64,000 bases of DNA, from positions 13,888,001 to 13,952,000 of the forward strand of contig JBHGNT010000009.1 in NCBI GenBank assembly GCA_043228905.1. Direction: 5' to 3'. The stretch's first letter is position 1, and every line of letters begins with the position of its first letter. Both the position numbers and the translations under genes were made by a program. This DNA is from Azolla caroliniana. Lineage: Eukaryota; Plantae; Polypodiophyta. The notes beneath the pieces are model-generated. The model searched no databases, was not told where the DNA came from, and saw only the letters and a program-made list of their open reading frames with translations. Shown here piece after piece: positions 26,845 to 38,394 of this stretch.

Positions 26845-27089
26845 GAGGCATATACCCTCTACGCACACGAAACATCCAAAAATAAGGGTTCATCGTAATA
26901 CGCAATTGAGGTATTGACCTCTTACGCATACGAGACCAAACACATATAATTTACAACGAAATCGAGGTATTAACCTCATAAGCATACGTAACATATGTAT
27001 GTGAGCGTAATACGCAATTGAGGTATTAACCTCATGCGCATACGACACTCATCAAATATTCAATATATGTCCAATGAGGTATTGACCTC
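26845..27089. repeat. Array of short palindromes GAGGT-ATTR-ACCTC with a 56-bp period in the gypsy 5' leader
   Basis: Copies start at 26908, 26964, 27020 and 27076, with a degenerate copy at 26845. Confidence 0.85.
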
Positions 27090-27806
27090 ATACACATATG
27101 TAAACGTTTTATACAACCAATTAATTACCACTACAACATCATTAAATTAATGAAAACAATTACATATAGACTATACACATGATTAGATGGGAGAAGAAAA
27201 AATAGAAAAAAATAAAATAAGGAAAGAGTTACCGAAGTTCCTTTGTTAATCGTTGTCTGGATCAAGGCCGACCGCACATCGATCAATCACCATCAATCAA
27301 CAAAACAAAAGACAACAAAAGAAACATTAGAACATAGGTTCTGATACCAACTATTAGAGACATGAACTAATGTAAGCATAAAATAAGGATAAAAGATAGA
27401 TCTAGATAGAAAGGAGAGAGAGAAAGAAGGGTGCCGATCCACCCAACCACCCCCGAGTGAAGGGATCGAGACGGACTCGAGCCTCGATCGGCGTCCCATA
27501 CCACCGCTGTGGCGTCGAGTCGTACCTGGTGCTGGCGCGCTCGTTACAAGAGTTGACCCACCACAAGACAGAGTCTCGACGTAGTCAACCAGATGATGAA
27601 ATGAGGGTAGCTAGGCCTCTTATTTATAGCGATACCCAAGGCCCCTAGGCAAGTTCACACTTGGCCTAATGGGTTATCTCAATCCCAAGGATTAAAAGTA
27701 ATCCTCCCCTTCTTAACACTCTTGTTTAACCCTCTCACTTATCCACGTGTATAGAATACTACGGTAAATTCTCACCATGGGATATTATATGGTCATGCCC
27801 GTAACA

Positions 27807-28500
27807 GTACTGGAAGTTCAAATCCGTCATGGCCGACCAAGGGCACCACAAAATGCAGACCGACCACTACATGTTTGTGAAGAAGTTTGGCGGAGGAGAC
27901 TTTCTTGTCCTCTTGTTGTACGTGGACGACATGCTGATTGTCAGACAACACCATATCAAGATCAGAATGCTGAAGATGGCCTTGAACAGGTCATTCTCAA
28001 TGAAGGATATGGGTCCATTAAGACAGATCTTGATGCACATTGTCCGGGACCAGACAAAGAAATTATTGTGGCAGTCACAAGATAAATACGTGACAAAGGT
28101 GCTCTAAAGGTTTTTTATTTTTGTTTTTAAAAACTACACCATAGTTTTCATTACCGATCCAAAAAGCATATACAAGAAATATAATAATACAATGTAGTGG
28201 CGGGAAATATCCCCCATTATGTCATACTTGACACCAACCTCCACCTATGGAGGAAACAACAATTGCGGGGGTACATATTGTCAATCTATTTTGTCATTTC
28301 TCTCCACAAAAACTAACAAATCCTTCCATTTGTCTTTAAAGGATTGTTGTTTCATAAAAATAATATCTTCATTACCTGTGAAGGTGCTCCAAAGGTTTAG
28401 CATGGAAAATGCAAAACCAGTTGGTTCGTCATTGCCGATCAACAACAAGCTATTAGGGAAACAATGTCCGAAGAAGAAAACGGAGAAGGTTGAGATGACA
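27807..28500 (+). pseudogene. pol: Continuation of the Tnt1/Tork-like copia RT
   Basis: Motifs LLLYVDDMLI, FSMKDMG and KVLQRFSMENAKPV. Resumes exactly after the TSD. Confidence 0.88.
28111..28380 (-). mobile_element. 5'-truncated LINE (L1-like) insertion
   Basis: 15-bp TSD AAGGTGCTC(T/C)AAAGG at 28096-28110 and 28381-28395, a poly(T) head on plus, and a minus-strand ORF tail FKDKW...VPPQLLFPP*. Confidence 0.75.
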
Positions 28501-28554
28501 TGCTACTCTCTGGCCGGCATATTAGAGAGCTTGCCGATCTTGTTCGGTGATTGT

Positions 28555-29100
28555 AGTTGAAGTTCACCATGAAGGACTTTGGTCTAACAAAACATATTTT
28601 GGGGATGGAGATTAGTCAACTTCGGAATCGAAGACAACTGTTCCTGTCTCAAGCCGACTATATTGGATGTGTCTTCAAATGCTTCAACATGCAATCAACC
28701 AAATTTGCCTCGACCCCACTCCCCATTAACCTTCGGCTATCTCAACGAGACTGCTCGACATCTGGTCTGGAGGGGGAAGATATGAAGTCGGTACCATATG
28801 TACCGGCCGTCAGCTGCCTGATGTACACGATGGTCACGACACGGCCTGACATTGCTCATGCCATAGGAGTCGTCAGTAGATTTATGAACAATCTTGGCCG
28901 ATCTCATTGGAATGCAGTAAAGCATGTGTTCAAATACCTTGTGGGCACAAAAAGACTATGGCATCCTATTCGGCCTGAATGATACTTTAGGCGTAGTTGG
29001 TTATATTGACTCAGACTTTGCCGATTGTGTGGACAATCGAAATTGAGGACCAGATACTGCTTTAAATTCGGGAATGGGGCAATCTCATGGAAGTCGATCT
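28555..29100 (+). pseudogene. pol: Second copia RT/RNase H fragment
   Basis: Motifs FTMKDFG, VPY...TRPDIAHAIGVVSRFM, HWNAVK, GYIDSDFA and GAISWKS. Confidence 0.85.
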
Positions 29101-29194
29101 TTGACATCATTTCTCAAACCTTGACGGAATTGATCCATTAAAGCTGCCTCATCCCAAGGGATATCGCATGCCGTACTATGTTGCTGACGACGAC

Positions 29195-29915
29195 GACGAG
29201 TACTTTACATCCATTAATACTGATTTAGTACAGATAAAACACACAACACAGTACAATGTGTCCATGGAGAACACAACATGGATTAAAAGACAATTAGTAC
29301 AAACTCTTCAATATAGGATAGTACTATGAGTACAAGACATGTACTTTACATCCTTCAATAAATACTGATATAGTACAGATACAACACACAGTACAATACA
29401 ATGTGTCCATGGAGAACACTCAACATGGATTAAAAGATAATTAGTACAAACTCTTCAATATAGGATAGTACTATGAGTATAAGACATGTACTTTACATCC
29501 TTCAATAAATACTGATTTAGTACAGATACAACACAGTACAATACAGTGTGTCCATGGAGAACACTCAACATGGATTAAAAGATAATTAGTATAAACTCTT
29601 AAGGACAGACAATACTATGAGTACAAGACGAGTACTTTACATCCTTCAATAAATACTGATTTAGTACAGATACAACACACAATACAATACAATGTGTCCA
29701 TGGAGAGCACTCAACATGGACTAAAAGATACTTAGTACAAACTCTTAAGAACGACCAATACTATGAGTACAAGACGAGTACTTTACATCCTTCAATAAAT
29801 ACTAATTTAGTATAGATACAACACACAACACAATACAATTTTTCTATGGAGAACACTTCACATGGATTAAAAGATAATAAACACAGATTCACGTGACAGG
29901 ATGGTACTATGTGAT
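29195..29915. repeat. Tandem repeat, ~145-bp unit, 5 copies
   Basis: GTACTTTACATCC recurs at 29200, 29341, 29488, 29632 and 29778. Confidence 0.92.
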
Positions 29916-30104
29916 CAATCAAGAACACTTAACATAGTTACAAACATAATTAGTATGTATGCATCCATTTGAATAGTACTGTGTTTGAATAGTTACAAAC
30001 ATAATTAGTATGCATGCACTAACACAAGAATTACTTCCTTGGACGTTGCATTATAAGTACTAAACATATGGATTAAAAATTACCTGGCGATAAAGTAGAA
30101 TGAT

Positions 30105-31735
30105 CGTGCCGGCACCATCAGACCAAACCCAATGACGGTTAAAGCTAAACCCTAGAGACAATAAATCTGCATGGTGAAGCTTAAAACAATGTTGAACAAA
30201 TAGTGTATCATGCTTTTTATCATCTGAAATGTAAAATATTGATTTCTTATGTAACTCACCGTCTTGTCTCCAATAGCAAATATGTACAAGTATTGTACAT
30301 TGATCATTGTACCAATGCATTGATTGAACCTCATTTTGAACTTTAAATGTATAGTTTTCTTCAAAGTCAATAACGGATACGATGACACCCGTTGGTAAGT
30401 TATTAATACATTCCTTGAACTGTGAATTTTGCCAATAAATCCAGAAGTTATGTGGAATGAAGTCACCAAGTTGTTTCTTAAATTCTGAGACAAGGGTAGC
30501 AACACATGTCTCCTTATATACTTCCTTGATACGCTTAGTTACAAGTTCCTTGCCAATATTTTCAGTCATAATCTCTAAATATTTCCATTTCACAATATGA
30601 TTGTTTCCCAAATCAAGCTCCTGCCTACAAAATAATGGTAGCGGACAAACCTTACATGTTCTTAAAAGACATGTACGACGATGCCACTCACATGATGGTT
30701 CTTTTTCACAAACACAAGATCTCCATAACTCAGAAACGAATGCATAAGTCATGTTTCGTGCATTACACCTATTATCCTCCCCATTTGGTCTACAAACCTC
30801 ACAAGTGCAGACACATAATTCCTCGTGTATACCCTTAGAATCAGTATGCATTGCATTCACTCCAAGCCTTAACATGTCCATCTTCACGTGGTACACACAA
30901 CAACATGTATTCCTCTCATTTAATTTTCTAACATAATATGGTTACAAACCTTGGAACTTGCGGAATCCAACAGTCAAGCTTGGATGTTGGTCTTTAAAGT
31001 TCATGTACAATTCAGCCTACATCAACCAATATATATAGCAAACATTAATATACACTTGGTCAAAACAAAAATTTATGGAATGTGAATTGATATAAAAAAA
31101 TGGAATACCTCCATCATCTCCAAGAAGTGTCTAGGGTGAATCTGGTACTTACCCTAACTTATTCGTTGTCTACACACGTCCTTCTTATTTGGTGAGACAT
31201 AGGTATTTTTTGCCCAAAATGAATCCACTTTCTCAATAATCTCTTGAGATAAGGCATCGCATCGTCGTCTACGTCCCAACCCCAACCACTTGAATTGGCT
31301 TGAGTGTATATTTCGGCGATGTTTCCTCAAGTTCCTTCTTTGAATACCCAGGGCTAAGGCAACTTTAGTATCACTATATTTTTTTTCTCTCGCATTGTTC
31401 ACAACCATGTGTAGGGCTGCCCTCTTTGTAGCAAGTTTGTCTATGCTCTCTACACCTTTCACTAAGTCTAGGGATGACTTCATAGACTTTACAATCTCTT
31501 CTGAAACACATTGGTCCCTAAATTTTATTCTCCCCATGTCTTCATTCAAACGTTGATGGTGTAACACTCTACATATAATATCCCTACGATCCTCTTCACC
31601 AAATCTCTTCGTTATTTCTACCAAATAACGGACTATGTGAAGAATCACTCGTCTCTTGGTCCTTTCAGATATACATGAGTTACTTGACAACTCACTCTCG
31701 TTGGGGATCCCCATTTGGTCACTAGATTTATCCAA
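30105..31735 (-). pseudogene. Sola2-like DDD transposase remnant with a spliceosomal intron (31017-31108)
   Basis: Motifs ELY..FK..HP...VGF, RNTCCVYH, C..CKVC, IDFEENY, QNEVQSMHW, ISDDKKHD and WSDGA. Removing the GT...AG intron keeps the frame. Two in-frame stops; C-terminus missing. Confidence 0.7.
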
Positions 31736-31955
31736 AAAAATTAAGTGTCTTGCGAGAGTAGTTAATGTTATATAGACTACACTAAGAAATCACAATCAAA
31801 TGTTTTTAAATGCGGCTTGCAAAGTGAGAAATAATTCATTTCGGACATTAGAATTACGGATCAAAGATGACAATTATCATTTCTTTATTCACAAATTTCT
31901 AAAAAAGGAAAAATTTAGTACTGAAAATGAAAAAATAGTTCTGAAATTTAGTACT

Positions 31956-32230
31956 GGAAAGGAACCTCCAATGGTGGAGGGAGCAGAGCATTGAATATGT
32001 GTGATATGCCGTCTCGATTTGGTGGAAGGAACCTCCAATGGTGGAGGGAGCGTTAAATCTGTGTGATATGCCGCCTCGATTTGGTGGAATGAACCTCCAA
32101 TGGTGGAGTGAGCCTTGAATTTGTGTGATATGCCACCTCGATTTGGTGGAAGGAACCTCCAATGGTGGAGGGAGCCTTGAATCTTTGTGATCTTTGTGAT
32201 ATGTTGCCTCAATTCGGTGGAAGGATCCTC
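31956..32230. repeat. Tandem repeat, ~62-bp unit, ~4.5 copies (probable subterminal repeat of the DNA transposon)
   Basis: GAACCTCCAATGGTGGAG recurs near 31961, 32028, 32090 and 32152. Confidence 0.88.
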
Positions 32231-32804
32231 GTCTCAGTGGAAAAAGCCTCAAATCCCTGCGAGATAAACTGCAATCAGTGGAAGAAGCAAGAAAATCGTT
32301 CTCGAAGAAGTCACTATTGGCTGTTATAAGAGGCCTCAGAACAATCTCTAATCCTCAACTCAAACCCTAAAACAGAAACCCTAACAAAACAAGAAATCCA
32401 CAACTCAAAACCAGAAACCTGACATGGATGTTTGAGATATGCTCCCTAAACCCTAACGAATGCTATACATTGGAGGAAAACTAGAAGCCTGACATGAATG
32501 TCTGTGATGAAGAGCTCAGAGGGATAGATGAAGAGGAGGAGTTGGTTTGAGGGGAAGCGCCAAAAACGACGTGAGGGGAAAATAGCCTCCAAAATGGAAA
32601 GAACATCTCCTCACATGTTCCCCCACTCCTTGTCTTAAATGACACTTGTACTACACTCACCCCACTCCCCAAAATCGTTTTTTTTTTCTCTGATTTTTTT
32701 TCTTAATTATTTAGTACTAACAATATCGAAAGGACTAACATTTTTTGTGGCCAAAAACAATACTTTTCTGGTACACCGTAGCGTGCTTCCACCCAACTAC
32801 TTCT

Positions 32805-33060
32805 TGTAATAGACTGATATTGTAAATGTTCTAGAACATTATAGAAATCACTAGGTTATTCTATAGGAACCTATAAATATGGACATACAATTCTTCTCAA
32901 AACCAATTCGAATCAACACTAGTCTTAAGCTCTCATCACCTAGCTTGTATCCATTCTTATTCTACTTTAATACATTCATTCTTCTCTTATCATTTCATTC
33001 CTCTTCTTGTGATCTCTTTATATCTTTCTTCTCTCTTTACCTTCTCTCTTGGTTCTAACA
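32805..33060 (+). mobile_element. Short solo or isolated LTR
   Basis: TGTAATAG...CTAACA termini, CTATAAATA box and CT-rich 3' part. No matching TSD. Confidence 0.6.
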
Positions 33061-36000
33061 GGCGTTGAACCGATTTAGTTCAAAATAATGCCTTGTGCCT
33101 CCTTTCCCCCCCTTTAAAACGATGAGTGTCACGAGTCGTTTCGGATTGAGGACCTGGTTTATCTAGATATTGACGATGGAAGTCTTCAAGAAGAGCACGA
33201 GCATTGGTCACATTCTCTATTGGTTCCCAAGTACGCTCGCTGGGACATTATCCTAGCCAATCAACTAAATAGTAGAGCTTGTTGCGAACAATCTTGGAAT
33301 TGAGGATGGCGGCAACCTCGTACTCAGGTCCATCTTCAAGTTCGATCGCGGGTGGACTTTGTGGAATACGTCCTGGGATGGTGCTGCCTTGATAGGGTTC
33401 AAGGAGAGAACTATGAAACACTGGATGTATGTGAAGTTGTGGGGGTAGATCGAGACGAAAAACGACATCATTAATCTTTCCGATAATACGAAAAGGACCT
33501 AGTCGCCGATAATCCAACTTCTCACATGGCCGAGTAGTCTTGATGTGTTGTCGTAGTAGCCATACCCGATCTCCAATGTTAAAACTGGATGGAAGCTGAT
33601 GACGATCCTCATAAACCTTGTGTGTTTGTTGAGCTTGATGTAGATGAGTAGATAAATCTGCTTGTATCTTGCATAACCGTTCCAAACAATCCGCTGCGCA
33701 ACGATTTGTGGGTAACTCTAGGGTTTCAAATACACACCACTGGGGGTGACAACTAGTATAAGCATAAAATGGCGTAACTTTAGTCGATGAGTGGACAGAG
33801 TTATTATAGGCAAATTCGGCAAAGTGGAGAATATCCGCCCAATCATCCTGATGATAGCTTAGAAAGCACCGAAGATACTGCTCCAGTGTTTGATTTGTTC
33901 GTTCTGTTTGGTTGTCGGTTTGTGGGTGGTAGCTGGAGGAGAGGTTACAAGTGACCTTGAGCATTTTAAAAAGGTGCTTCCAGAATTTCAAGGCGAACTG
34001 GTTTCCACGGTTGCTGATGATATTATCAGGAAGGCCATGATGCCGACATACTTCACACATGACAATTTCGGCGGTTTCTTCACTGGAGATTTCCTTAGTA
34101 CATGGCAGGAAAAGAGCCATCTTCGTATATCGATCTACTACTGTTAAAATTGCATTGAATCCCTTAGAGACTGGAAGATCTGTGATGAAATCTAGAGCAA
34201 TGGATTGCCACGGCTTGCTTGGAATTGGTAATGGTTCTAATAAACCATATGGATGATGCCTTGGCATTTTTGCTCTGCAACATGCATCACAAGTCTGAAC
34301 AAAATCTTCGACCAATTGTCGCATATAGGGCCACCAGAATGATTGTTGTACTAAATCGAATGTATTAGTACTACCAAAATGCCCAACTGTATATGTGTCA
34401 TGATAGTTTTGGACTACTTGAAGGCCACAAGAACCATTAGGAACATACAAGAGTTTCTTAAAGAATAGTAATCCATCATGACATTCGAATTGTCGATAGT
34501 CCGTACCTGGTTGTTGCGATTGTGAACAAGATGCTCGAGAGGGATCAATTTGTGCTAGAATGGCTTGGGCGAAAGCATCTGTCTTCAATTCCTCACGTAT
34601 TGTATCGATAACTTGGGAATCCAAGGGCATGCCGAAGACCTGTGTTGCTTGTAGTCGTGCCGATCCCAAGTTTACTTGCTTTTGGTTATCGAAAGCTGGC
34701 TCGCTGGGACGCGATGCTAGATATGAACGCCGTGATAATGCATCTGCCTTCCCTTGGTGCTTCCCCGGATGATATGTAATTTTGAAGTCAAAACGCATGA
34801 GGAATTGGGCCCACCAAGCTTGACGTCGATTTAACACATGAACACTTTGAAAGTAGGCAAGGTTTTTGTGATCACTGAATACGGTGACTTGATGAGAGGA
34901 TCCCTCTAGAAAATGCCTCCATTGCGTAAAAGAGTCCACTATTGCTGATAGTTCCTTATCATGAATTTCATAGTTGATTTCGGCGGCGTTAAACTTGCGT
35001 GAGTGGAAAGCCATAGGATGTAGCTTTTCATCATTACCTTGTTGTGACAGAGTGCTACCCAATGCGAAATCCGACGCGTCCGCTTCCATGATGAATGGTT
35101 TTTCCGGATCAACGTGAGCTAGAATAGGAGCCGATGTAAATGCCTTCTTAAGATTCTCAAAAGCGATGTCCTCTTCTTCAGACCAAATGAACGATTGTCC
35201 CTTCTTAGTAAGTTGTGTGAGAGGCAGAACAAGCTTTGAGTAATCCTATATAAACTTGCGGTAGAAATTGACAAAGCCTAAAAAGCATTGCACATCTCGC
35301 AATGAACGCGGAGTTTGCCACTCGACCACCATTTTGATCTTAGCTAGATCCATGGAGATGCCTTCAGAGGAGATGACATAGCCCAGAAATTCCACTTGGT
35401 TGCACCCGAAACTACATTTTTCCAGCTTTGCATAAAGACCATGTTCTCAAAGTCGTTTTAGTACTAACAATACATGAGAATCATGCTCTTCTTGGGTCTT
35501 CGAATAAACCAGTAGATCATCCAAATAGATGATAAAAAAAACATCCAAGAGATCTCAGAAGATATCATTTGCCATGTGTTGGAAGACTGCTGGCGCATTA
35601 GTGAGGCCGAACGGCATGACCATATACTCGAAGTGCCCATATTTGGTGCGAAACGTGGTCTTCCATTCATCTCCTGGTCATATCCGTACGAGGTTATATG
35701 CTCCCCGTAAGTCGATCTTAGTGAAGAACCTTGCACCATTGATCCGTTCTAAAAGACTTGAGATAAGGGGAAGTGCATACCTATTTCTGATGGTGACCTT
35801 ATTGAAGCCACAATAATCTACAATGAGACAAAGTGATCCATCCTTTTTCTTGACGAAGAAAATGGGTGCGCCAGCTGGAGATTTCGAATGCCGAATGAAG
35901 CCACTTTCCAAATTGTCCTCTATATAGGGTCAAAGGACTTCTAGCTCGGTTGGTGACAAATTGTAAATCGGTCCCCATGGTGGCTCTTTTCCCGGTTATA

Positions 36001-38040
36001 AATCAATGGGGCAATCATACGGTCAATGGTGAGGAAGCGTATTGGCTTGTACTTTGTTGAACACATCGGCATAATGATGATACTTCTTTGGAAGTTGAAC
36101 GGTGGACTCCTCTTTAGTGGTGTCAAAGGTTTTTATTGATATTGCAAAGAGAAACATTTCTTTCTTGCGTCCTTCTTCCTGCAACTGATGTAGTGAAATG
36201 GTTGCAATCTTATGAGTAGATCCTCGGGCTTGTCGATACCAGATTTCTCTTGTTCTCCAATCTATGTCTGGGTAATGTCATTCGAACCATGGTAATCCTA
36301 AAACAATGGGATGTTCTGGGATACTAATTATAGTAAATGATACTACACACACTAGATTATCTAGGACAATATTAACGGGCTCTGACTCTTCTATGATATT
36401 TCCGGAAGCAATGGGGCGACCATCAATGACTACTACAGAGGCTGGACATGGGATTTTTCTGAGAGATATCTGATGAGCTTGGGCAAAATTCCTATCCATG
36501 AAGCAAGAATTAGCTCCGGAATCTAGAAGTGCTAAGACATGTACTGGAGGGGTACTTTTAGTACTAACTATTGCTTGGGCTACGAACACATTGCTAACTT
36601 GCTTAGAGGGAATGGAACCACTAATGGGCTGCACAGATCTAGGGTTGTCCAACCAAACGGCTCCTATTTTGGCTAGACTTAGTCGTTTAACTCTTCTTCT
36701 AACTGACTAAGGACATCAAATTTGTTCGCTAGATTTGGGCTACTAGTACTATTAGGACTATCAGATATTCCTACTAAAATAGACTCGGGTTTAGTACAAT
36801 TAGAACTAGCAACTATTTGGTTTACCTGTCTTCTTGGCCTCTGGTCCACCGCAATAAAGACATAGTCGATTTGCTTAATGTCGTTGCTTTTCTTCTTCCG
36901 ATAATGGTCCGCAACGACGTGTAGTGTCAATCTCCATCGGAGTCGGAGTATTCACTGGAGATGCATTATATGAATCCCTCGGAAAAGGTTTCGCTACCAC
37001 TAAGGCATAGGTGGGTTGTGATCTTGCCCTCAACATCTGGAATTGCCGTTCCAAACGTCGTTCGAAAAGGTAGTTGTCGCATCTCACTACGCAACTGATT
37101 GCTTCTGTTAATGACTTTGGTTCTTCGGGGTAGGACAAGAGTAAATCCTTGACATCGTTGCGTAAACCATAACGAAATCGCTCCATCAATGATTGATCAT
37201 CCCAAGGGATATCGGCGGCGAGTAGGCAGAAATCTGCAGCGTATGTAGAGGCTAAACGATCACCTTAGCGTAATCGTCAGATTTTTTGTTGATTGTTGTC
37301 CTTATGCTGACAGTATCTCCAAAACAGGCTTTAAACTCACTTATAAATTCTTCAAAATTGTTTAGTAATGGAGATTCCTTTTCTAACAACGGAGTGAACC
37401 ATGGCAATGTTGAGCCACTAAGTAGAGTGCCTACTAGTCCCATTTGTGATGCATCGGTGGGATATCGAGAAGGATGCATTTGAATCACTAAACGTACCTG
37501 ATTCAAAAAACCTCTAAATTGTGATCGGGTCCCATCAAATTTTGTAGGAAGACTGATATTGGGTTCTTTGTGAATCCCTTAAGTGCTTGATCCTTGTTGT
37601 TGTAGTGATACAATGGTCGCTTCAAGTTGTTGTACACGTAATGTTAGCTCCCCATGTTGTTGTTTTTACAACGCTATTTGTTGAAGATCCCCCAACAAAC
37701 GGTGATTTTCTTGTTTTAGTGCTACAAATTTCTCTTTTAAGCACTAGAGCTCTGAGAAAACAGATTGGTATTCCTAAGCGCTAACAGTTTCCATTTTACT
37801 AGGGAGGATAAGAGGATTAGTATGAAGGAAAAAAGGGTTAAGAAGATAAGGGAAACCGGAAAGAAGACCGGAAAAAAGGGGATATGTAAGCAGATAAAAG
37901 GAAGAGGGGGAAAGGAGAAGACAGGAGGCAAATCAGTTCAAACTGTCAAGAATAGTACTGAGACAGAGAAGAAATTAGTACTAAGAGATGAATATTAGTA
38001 CTAAGAGGAATAGAGGGTGTACAACACTCGAGAGAAGGAC

Positions 38041-38104
<64 letters not shown>

Positions 38105-38319
38105 TGATTATGACAGTAATATATTATGTGAGAAGAATATACAAGGAAGGCTAGGAAGCTTAATATTGGCGTTGAACTGATTTGGTTTGAAATAATGCCT
38201 TGTGCCTCCTTTTATAGTGTTCTCAGGAGTAGTCTTGAAGCTTCTAGAATGTTCCAGAGAAATCTGGAATATATATTAATTTTCTATCGTAAAATTTAAA
38301 TAAATTATTATGTATTACA
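33061..38319 (-). mobile_element. Tcn1-like Ty3/gypsy chromovirus with a damaged 3' LTR
   Basis: 5' LTR starts TGTAATAC at 38319. gag ~36875-37560, protease LLDSGANSCF, RT, and RH-IN-chromodomain ORF 33248-35089 (EYEVAAIL...YLVDWLG). After the PPT only ~45 bp of LTR remains (33061-33105, matching 38168-38212). Confidence 0.88.
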
Positions 38320-38320
38320 A

Positions 38321-38389
38321 TAGATAGTGTAATGGTCAAGAACTCGACCCATCTAACATAAGATCATGGGTTCGAGTCTTGCCATATCA
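38321..38389 (+). other. tRNA-like remnant (possible SINE head)
   Basis: A-box-like TAGTGTAATGG and B-box GGTTCGAGTC at tRNA-like spacing; no intact cloverleaf. Confidence 0.45.
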
Positions 38390-38394
38390 TGACA

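Larger units (their letters stand above)
15102..27806 (-). mobile_element. Full-length Ty3/gypsy chromovirus carrying a nested copia
   Basis: LTRs 27352-27806 (5') and 15102-15609 (3'). TSD GTACT at 15097-15101 and 27807-27811. PBS TGGTATCAGA at 27340-27349. PPT AGGGGGGAG at 15612-15620. Confidence 0.95.

Noticed and set aside
26845-27089. CRISPR-like appearance of palindromic repeats with variable spacers
   Set aside because: The repeats are only 14 bp, the spacers are partly related, there are no cas genes, and the array lies inside a eukaryotic retrotransposon leader.
32355-32460. AAACCCT telomere-like units (also 9563-9581)
   Set aside because: Only one or two units per site; telo-box-like motifs rather than an interstitial telomere.
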